A stretch of DNA of 64,000 nucleotides from a virus, in IMG/VR virus record IMGVR_UViG_3300041583_000284, positions 1 to 64,000 of that record. One strand, given 5' to 3'. Positions 58,871 through 64,000 of the stretch are shown in pieces. The stretch's first letter is position 1; each line of letters starts with the position of its first letter. Under the pieces are notes generated by a model. That model saw nothing but the letters and a program-made list of their open reading frames with translations, searched no databases and was not told the origin of the DNA. A program made the translations under genes and the position numbers.

Positions 58871-59299
58871 GTAATGTTCTTATTGTCTTAGTAATGTTCT
58901 TAAAAATATATATATATAACAATGTCTTGCGGGAATGTAACAATGTTCCTGCTTGAAGGGTACTCAGCTACATTTTTTTGTGTTGTGCACGGAACATTGG
59001 TAAAACGGACCGCTTTTGCCAGAATCGCGTTTTCTAAATCCTACCCTACCCTTCAAAACGCGGAACATTACAACATTACTGCAATATCAATGACTTAGGG
59101 GGAACATTGGGTCGGAACATTACAAACTGGCAAAATCGCTAAGTCATTGATATATAACGAATTGCAATGTTCCTGCAAAAGGCCAACTTCACTATAACTC
59201 ACAGTCCCAGAGAGTTTAGTTATATAATATCTATTGACAAAAATACGCAGACTGTGACAAGTAGTGAAGTTGGCCGATTTTGGCCAAATCTGGAACATT
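58871..59299. promoter_or_regulatory. AT-rich block with GGAACATT iterons
   Basis: GGAACATT at 58991, 59062, 59101, 59114 and 59292 (+). Reverse copies at 58942-58949 and 59166-59173. Near copies GTAATGTTCT at 58871 and 58891. (TA)n at 58906-58917. An isolated TTGACA at 59234 and TATAAT at 59223, not properly spaced. Confidence 0.5.
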
Positions 59300-59316
59300 A
59301 CAAAAAGGGGCTAAAA

Positions 59317-59625
59317 ATGGCTACTGAGCGAGACCTCGACCGCGCGCAGGCAATCCACAATTACGGTAGAAACTGCTACTTTTGTGCAGCTGGCCCTCTG
59401 GAGCGACGCGCTTTATTCCTGAAACCCCTCGGGCCCAACAACACCAACGTGCCTATGTGCAAAACGTGTTGCCATGCCGTCGATACAGGCGTGTCGCTGC
59501 GTCCCATCCTGCTCGCGCACTTGAAGCGTGGTCGTGCACTTGAAGCTGTCGCCAGTCTGCGCCTGACCGAATACGGCTGGGCCACACCGCGCAGACCCGA
59601 GCACCTACTTAGTCACGAGGACTAA
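59317..59625 (+). CDS. small Zn-finger protein, paralogue 1 (102 aa)
   Basis: ATG at 59317 with an AAAGGGG RBS. MATERDLDRAQAIHNYGRNCYFCAAG...MCKTCC. Its TAA stop lies inside palindrome 59608-59626. Confidence 0.55.
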   Translation: MATERDLDRAQAIHNYGRNCYFCAAGPLERRALFLKPLGPNNTNVPMCKTCCHAVDTGVSLRPILLAHLKRGRALEAVASLRLTEYGWATPRRPEHLLSHED

Positions 59626-59688
59626 GTCCCGCCCCGGCCAAAGCCGCGGGGTTCCGAAGTCCCGTCGCTGTTGGAGAACTGGCTTCCG
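59608..59688 (+). repeat. 81-nt repeat unit copy 1 (starts with palindrome CTTAGTC-ACGAG-GACTAAG)
   Basis: CTTAGTCACGAGGACTAAGTCCCGCCCCGGCCAAAGCCGCGGGGTTCCGAAGTCCCGTCGCTGTTGGAGAACTGG.... Lies between the two Zn-finger genes. Confidence 0.9.
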
Positions 59689-59705
59689 TTTTGAAAGGAC
59701 ACAAC

Positions 59706-60014
59706 ATGGCTACTCAGAGAGATATTGACCGCGGGCTTGCGCAGCGCAGGTATGGCAAAAGCTGCTACTGTTGCGGGAAAGGCCCGCTGTCGGGGCACGG
59801 ACTGTTCTTGGCGCCTATTGGCTACACCGAGTACGCAAACACTGCCCACCCGCTTGCCCCCGTGTGCGCCTCGTGCCGCACAGCGCTCAAAACTGTCCCG
59901 ACCCTCCGCCACATTGAGAACCTGCGTAGGGACCTGCGTAAGTGTCTGGTGACCACGCGGCGCTGGGCGGACGAGATCCACGGACTGGACTTTGCTTACC
60001 TCAGTGAGAACTGA
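59706..60014 (+). CDS. small Zn-finger protein, paralogue 2 (102 aa)
   Basis: ATG at 59706 with a GAAAGGA RBS. MATQRDIDRGLAQRRYGKSCYCCGKG...VCASCR. Confidence 0.55.
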   Translation: MATQRDIDRGLAQRRYGKSCYCCGKGPLSGHGLFLAPIGYTEYANTAHPLAPVCASCRTALKTVPTLRHIENLRRDLRKCLVTTRRWADEIHGLDFAYLSEN

Positions 60015-60018
60015 CCCG

Positions 60019-60099
60019 CTTAGTCACGAGGACTAAGTCCCGCCCCGGCCAAAGCCGCGGGGTTCCGAAGTCCCGTCGCTGCTGGAGAACTGGTTTCTG
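60019..60099 (+). repeat. 81-nt repeat unit copy 2
   Basis: Near-identical to copy 1. Starts 5 nt after the stop of 59706-60014. Confidence 0.9.
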
Positions 60100-60104
60100 G
60101 CCCG

Positions 60105-60185
60105 CTTAGTCACGAGGACTAAGTCCCGCCCCGGCCAAAGCCGCGGGGTTCCGAAGTCCCGTCGCTGTTGGAGAACTGGTTTCCG
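60105..60185 (+). repeat. 81-nt repeat unit copy 3
   Basis: In tandem with copy 2 (86-nt period). Followed by GAAAGGAAAG but no ORF, then the terminators. Confidence 0.9.
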
Positions 60186-60197
60186 AAAGGAAAGCAC

Positions 60198-60229
60198 AAA
60201 AAAGCCCCCGAACCTTGCGGCGCGGGGGT
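60198..60229 (-). terminator. rho-independent terminator 2 (tandem)
   Basis: On the - strand: CCCCCG-N12-CGGGGG followed by CT6. The loop shares CCGCAAGGTT with terminator 1. Confidence 0.65.
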
Positions 60230-60242
60230 AAACGGCGGGCAC

Positions 60243-60274
60243 AAAAAAAACCCCGTAACCTTGCGGCTACGGGG
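60243..60274 (-). terminator. rho-independent terminator 1 of the 275-aa gene
   Basis: On the - strand: CCCCGTA-N10-TACGGGG followed by T8. 10 nt after the stop. Confidence 0.8.
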
Positions 60275-60284
60275 TTGATCTAGA

Positions 60285-61112
60285 TTACTTGATATCGGCG
60301 GGGTTCTGTTTCGCCGTCTGGCCCTTCACAGGCGCGGGACTCTTGCTAGCCTTTACTTTTGTTGCAAGGGGCTTGGGCTTCCGGTCAATCTTGGCGCTTG
60401 CCTTGTCAGCGGCCAGAACCGCGTCATAGGCGGCAAGGCACAACCGCGCCAAGTTTTGTTTTTCCTTCACAGGTGACAAGGCAAGCAAGGCAAGCTCGCA
60501 AAGACGCAAGTAAGCGGGCGCATCGACGTGGGGCGGTATCTGTTCGCCCTTGCCATTAGTCGCGGCAAGTGCCGTTGCCATTGCTTTCATTGGCGCACCC
60601 ATTGCGTCGATAGCGCGTTGATCAATTGGCGCTTTGCGATTTGGGGCTTTCGTTCCATCCGCCGCGATAGGCGCGGCATTGTCCGCTTTGGTTTGCGCGA
60701 TTGCTTTGGCAATCCGGTCCGTGATGCGACCGAACACCTTTCCCTTTTGCATCTGCCAATAGAGCCGCGTATTGCTTGCCATGCCTTTCTTGGGCGCGCC
60801 GATCATATCCTTTGCGCCCTTGCCATTGTTCACCTTATCGGTGAACACCTTACCCCAAGCCTCCACGACCGCCGCGTCCTTCAAGATGATATAGGCGTTC
60901 CTTTCCTCTACACTTGCATCCTTGTCGCGTGATGTAGCAGTAAGGCAACGGGCAGACCCGAACGTGGCCACGGCGGCATCGTGTACGGCCATTGCCGCTG
61001 CCATTGCAATCACGCTGGCCGTTGCTTCCCTATCCAAGGCACGAATGGCCAAGGGGATAGTGGACAAGATAAGGTCTAGATTCGGGCGGGGGCTATTTGT
61101 TTCGATTTTCAT
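60285..61112 (-). CDS. hypothetical protein (275 aa), isolated lower-GC gene
   Basis: ATG ORF on the opposite strand to its neighbours. Ala/Lys-rich. Followed by two tandem terminators. Codon third positions are visibly less GC-rich than in the rest of the genome. Confidence 0.6.
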   Translation of the reverse strand: MKIETNSPRPNLDLILSTIPLAIRALDREATASVIAMAAAMAVHDAAVATFGSARCLTATSRDKDASVEERNAYIILKDAAVVEAWGKVFTDKVNNGKGAKDMIGAPKKGMASNTRLYWQMQKGKVFGRITDRIAKAIAQTKADNAAPIAADGTKAPNRKAPIDQRAIDAMGAPMKAMATALAATNGKGEQIPPHVDAPAYLRLCELALLALSPVKEKQNLARLCLAAYDAVLAADKASAKIDRKPKPLATKVKASKSPAPVKGQTAKQNPADIK

Positions 61113-61201
61113 TGTGTAGTCTACTTTCTGTTAAGGTTATATGGCAGGCTTTCCCTGTCCACATCTTACTTATAGGACAGAGTAGAACCAATAACAATAG
61201 A

Positions 61202-61220
61202 CTTAGACCCAAGGACTAAG
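61202..61220. repeat. palindrome CTTAGAC-CCAAG-GACTAAG (one mismatch)
   Basis: Lies in the intergenic region between the 275-aa gene start and the rightward packaging operon. Confidence 0.7.
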
Positions 61221-61343
61221 GGAACGGGGCTGTTTTGTGGGGCTGGACGGCGCGACCCCACCTAGGGGGCAGGCCCGGTATTGGAGGGTGGCGGCGGCGC
61301 GGCTATATATTACTATTCCAGACGAACCATTCTGAGTTTCGCT

Positions 61344-61455
61344 GCGTTGCAGCATAAATACACCCCGTTGACCATAACGGCCAATAGTTACATTTTTTAA
61401 CTTGTTTTCAAGGGCTTGGGGTGGTGACCTCTTCCCCGCGTTGCAGCATAAATAC
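61344..61455 (+). repeat. direct repeat GCGTTGCAGCATAAATAC x2
   Basis: Copies at 61344-61361 and 61438-61455, both followed by ..GTTGA. The second overlaps the start of 61457-61615. Confidence 0.7.
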
Positions 61456-61456
61456 C

Positions 61457-61615
61457 ATGTTGATTGTCGGCGCACTTATCGGAGCGGGGTTGGGCTATCT
61501 TTTTGGCATGGTCGTGATTGCCATTGATGATAATTCAGCGTGGGTAGGTGCATTCCCTGCGGGGTTCGTCCTCATAGGCACAGTGATCGGGGCTGCAGTG
61601 GGCGCTTCGGGCTGA
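61457..61615 (+). CDS. small glycine-zipper membrane protein (52 aa)
   Basis: ATG at 61457. MLIVGALIGAGLGYLFGMVVIAI....FPAGFVLIGTVIGAAVGASG. Confidence 0.45.
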   Translation: MLIVGALIGAGLGYLFGMVVIAIDDNSAWVGAFPAGFVLIGTVIGAAVGASG

Positions 61616-61620
61616 GAGAC

Positions 61621-61686
61621 CCCCACCCCCATTTATTTTTCCAGCCCTTACCCCGCCAACAAAACGCCCCCCACCCCTATTTATTT
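61621..61686 (+). repeat. direct repeat CCCCACCCC(C/T)ATTTATTT x2
   Basis: Copies at 61621-61638 and 61669-61686, upstream of the candidate small terminase gene. Confidence 0.7.
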
Positions 61687-61740
61687 AGGGACTCCCCTTT
61701 TCTATCAAGGGGGGCTATATTGTGTCAGGAGGCGCTCCTG

Positions 61741-62310
61741 ATGACCATATACCTGTCGCCCGAGGTGAACATAGACATGCCAGACAACGATGAGTTTGAT
61801 CGGTTCGTGCCGACATTGAAGGCTGCTGCGGCCACGGCCCGGCTACTCGCTGAGGCAGGACTTTCCTTCGCCCCCACAGATGCAGACTTGGACTATGCAG
61901 CGGGGATCACGCGAACGGCGGCACAGGCACCGGGCGAGCTGATGACGAAAGCTGCGTCTCTCGGGCTGCTGAAACAGACCCCAGCCGCGCTCCTGCTCAC
62001 AGAGTCTATCCTTGAGGAGTTTGGACACAGGGTCGTGCAGGAAGCCGAGCAGGTGCGGAACCTCGTTACCAACAAGCTGGTGATCGAGACAGAGAACCCG
62101 GACCCCCGGGTTCGCATCCGTGCCTTGGAACTGTTGGGCAAGATCGGCGACGTGGGCTTGTTCAACGAGAAGCGCGAGGTCGTCGTCACCCACCAGACCG
62201 TGGACGACGTGAAGGACCGCCTGCGCGCCAAGCTAGAGAAGCTGCTGCTTGTGCAGGACGCGGAGTTCATCGACGAGGAGCCCGAAGCAGAGGAGGACGA
62301 TGATGAGTGA
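61741..62310 (+). CDS. candidate small terminase subunit (189 aa)
   Basis: ATG at 61741 with an AGGAGG RBS. Lies two genes upstream of the large terminase and has an acidic C-terminus. Assignment by position only. Confidence 0.35.
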   Translation: MTIYLSPEVNIDMPDNDEFDRFVPTLKAAAATARLLAEAGLSFAPTDADLDYAAGITRTAAQAPGELMTKAASLGLLKQTPAALLLTESILEEFGHRVVQEAEQVRNLVTNKLVIETENPDPRVRIRALELLGKIGDVGLFNEKREVVVTHQTVDDVKDRLRAKLEKLLLVQDAEFIDEEPEAEEDDDE

Positions 62311-62716
62311 TGTGATCCCGTCCCCCTCGAAAGTTGTGCCTGATACCATATGGGTGTGCGGCTGTGGCTGCTGCAGCTTCGCACTGCTTGACGGAGGCCG
62401 TACCACGTGCAGTGCGTGCGGGGGTGACACTGCTGGCTCAGCCGCAGGAGGCTGGTTCGTGCCACCATCACCGGGCTTGGTATGGGGAGGGAATACCCCT
62501 GTAACACACGTCACGGGCAACGGGTCGCCTGAGTTCGCCCGGCGGCGGATGACGCGCTTCGCAAACGAGGAGGATGTGGCGGGAATCATCATCATCCGGG
62601 ACTCAGGCCAGCTCCACACATGGACCGCTGTGGACACCAACGAGGGCGTGCAGTGGTTGCAGGAGCGGATAAAGGACGCTGCGGGACTAATCACGGAAGA
62701 CGCCGTAGATGAGTGA
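62300..62716 (+). CDS. Cys-rich protein (138 aa)
   Basis: ATG at 62300/62303 overlapping the upstream gene end. WVCGCGCCSF...TTCSACGG. Confidence 0.45.
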   Translation: MMSDVIPSPSKVVPDTIWVCGCGCCSFALLDGGRTTCSACGGDTAGSAAGGWFVPPSPGLVWGGNTPVTHVTGNGSPEFARRRMTRFANEEDVAGIIIIRDSGQLHTWTAVDTNEGVQWLQERIKDAAGLITEDAVDE

Positions 62717-64000
62717 TGTTGGGTTCACTGAGGCCGAGCTGCGGGCACTGCTGGCAAACATTGACCAGCTGACGAGCGACGAGGCGGCGGAGGTGGAGGA
62801 CATGCTCTCGGACCTGCAGGAGCGCTCCGCGCGGCAGGGAGCCTATGACGACCTGATCGCGTTCTGTAAGTACATGCAGCCTGACTACAAGGTGGGCCGA
62901 CACCACCGCATCCTCGCGGATCAGCTGATGGCGTTGGACAACGGGGCCAAGGATCGGGTGGCGGTCAACATGCCGCCGCGGCACGGCAAGAGCCAGCTTG
63001 TCTCTATATACTACCCCGCGTGGTATATTGGGCGTAACCCCGGCAAGAAGGTCATGATGGTGTCGCACACCTCCGATCTGGCTGTGGACTTCGGCCGCAA
63101 GGTGCGGAACCTGATGAACGACACACGGTATCAGGAGATATTTGCGGGGATCACCCTCGCTCAGGACTCCAAGTCCGCCGGGCGGTGGAGCACGAACCAC
63201 GGATCTGAGTATTACGCCACGGGTGTGGGCTCCAGCCTTGCCGGGCGGGGCGCGGACATGCTCATCATCGACGATCCTCACTCCGAGCAAGACGTGCTGG
63301 CAGGTAACTTTGAGGTGTTCGACAAGGCATATCAGTGGTTCACCTTCGGCGCGCGGACGCGCCTCATGCCCGGGGGCTGCGTGGCTCTCGTGCAGACACG
63401 CTGGCACCTCGACGACCTTACGGGGCGTGTTGTGCGGGACATGACCCAGAACGAGGACGCCGACCAGTATGAGGTGGTCGAGTTTCCAGCCATCATGGAG
63501 ATCGAGCAGCCCGATAAGACGTTCAAGGAGAAGGCCCTGTGGCCCGCGTTCTTCGATCTGCCAGCCTTGCACCGCACAAAGGCCTCAATGCCTACGTTCC
63601 AGTGGAACGCCCAGTACCAGCAGGACCCGACGGCAGAAGGTTCAGCGCTCATCAAACGAGAGTGGTGGCGGATATGGACGGAAACAGAGCCCCCTGAGGT
63701 GGACTACGTCATCATGACGCTCGACGCTGCTGCGGAGCAAAAAGAGCGGGCCGACTATACCGCGATTACCGCGTGGGGCGTGTTTTTCCATGAGGAAGAG
63801 CGCACAAACAACCTTATATTGCTCGACGCTGTTCGTCGTCGGGTCGAATACCCCGAACTGAGGGCGCTGGCCACGGAGATGTACCACAAGTGGGAGCCAG
63901 ATGCGTTCATCGTGGAGAAAAAGAGCTCCGGGGTGGCACTGTTTCAAGAACTGCGGCGCACAGGCATGATGCTGCAGGAGTTTACCCCCCACCGCGGGTC
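62709..64000 (+). CDS. terL: terminase large subunit (partial, runs off the right edge)
   Basis: Open frame from ATG 62709 to the window end, absent from the track because it has no stop. Walker A PPRHGKS, Walker B MLIIDDPH, coupling motif VQTRWHLDDL, then nuclease-domain start MTLDAA... Confidence 0.85.
   Translation, partial: MSDVGFTEAELRALLANIDQLTSDEAAEVEDMLSDLQERSARQGAYDDLIAFCKYMQPDYKVGRHHRILADQLMALDNGAKDRVAVNMPPRHGKSQLVSIYYPAWYIGRNPGKKVMMVSHTSDLAVDFGRKVRNLMNDTRYQEIFAGITLAQDSKSAGRWSTNHGSEYYATGVGSSLAGRGADMLIIDDPHSEQDVLAGNFEVFDKAYQWFTFGARTRLMPGGCVALVQTRWHLDDLTGRVVRDMTQNEDADQYEVVEFPAIMEIEQPDKTFKEKALWPAFFDLPALHRTKASMPTFQWNAQYQQDPTAEGSALIKREWWRIWTETEPPEVDYVIMTLDAAAEQKERADYTAITAWGVFFHEEERTNNLILLDAVRRRVEYPELRALATEMYHKWEPDAFIVEKKSSGVALFQELRRTGMMLQEFTPHRG

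Noticed and set aside
59223-59239. A perfect TATAAT (59223-59228) and a perfect TTGACA (59234-59239) as a promoter for the Zn-finger genes.
   Set aside because: The -10-like box lies upstream of the -35-like box, so they cannot form one sigma70 promoter. Neither has a suitably spaced partner. They are kept only as part of the AT-rich regulatory block.
59622-60242. The - strand ORFs 59622-59981 and 60033-60242.
   Set aside because: They are antisense to the Zn-finger gene and to the 81-nt repeats and terminators. Their similar C-termini simply reflect translation of the repeat units.
62691-63572. The 293-aa - strand ORF.
   Set aside because: It is antisense to the large terminase frame, which has clear Walker A/B and nuclease motifs. 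It is a typical shadow ORF of GC-rich DNA. The same reasoning applies to the many antisense or overlapping ORFs in the track, for example 842-1702, 5160-5867, 13079-13765, 20634-21203, 24347-24943, 27771-28763, 35075-35875, 39326-40219 and 47045-48247.
1-64000. tRNA, rRNA or tmRNA genes.
   Set aside because: No GGTTCGAATCC-type T-arm or cloverleaf-like segment was noticed on either strand. This was a by-eye scan only, so tRNAscan-type software should confirm it.

Overview
This window looks like most of the genome of a visibly GC-rich tailed dsDNA bacteriophage. I saw no rRNA, tRNA, CRISPR array or integrase. All coordinates and motifs were read by eye, helped by the ORF track, and no searches were run.

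The window divides into four parts:
1. A + strand packaging, virion and lysis module. It begins at about 61.4 kb (small membrane protein, candidate small terminase, Cys-rich protein, large terminase running off the right edge). It resumes at the left edge with:
   - portal 815-3262, a GroES-like protein, scaffold and major capsid;
   - an endonuclease-like insert flanked by twin terminators;
   - small basic proteins, head-tail genes and a collar-domain tail fibre;
   - an endolysin, holin and overlapping-spanin cassette at 16.6-18.2 kb;
   - large ejectosome-like proteins ending with a 2130-aa HExxH protein at 31889.
2. A convergent - strand replication module at 32-47 kb. It encodes a primase-helicase, an SSB-like protein, an SNF2 helicase, a Cas4-like nuclease, Dam, a DEDDh exonuclease and a VRR-NUC nuclease. 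Its family A DNA polymerase is split by an intein, with a free-standing HNH gene between the halves.
3. A - strand early/middle module at 47-58 kb. It holds an AAA+ / VWA / DUF3150-like trio interleaved with the two most unusual signals. One is nine paralogous microproteins with an invariant MIWxFLRPLVW N-terminus followed by pure Gly-X repeats. The other is a family of at least 23 copies of a 19-bp palindrome, CTTAGTC-N5-GACTAAG, mostly in a fixed stop-palindrome-leader-ATG cassette and three times embedded in frame inside genes.
4. A 58-61.4 kb control region. It has a G+T-skewed repeat block, an AT-rich block with GGAACATT iterons, two Zn-finger paralogues with an 81-nt repeat cassette, and an isolated lower-GC - strand gene with tandem terminators.

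Many small ORFs are hypothetical. The numerous antisense ORFs in the track are treated as GC-rich shadows.
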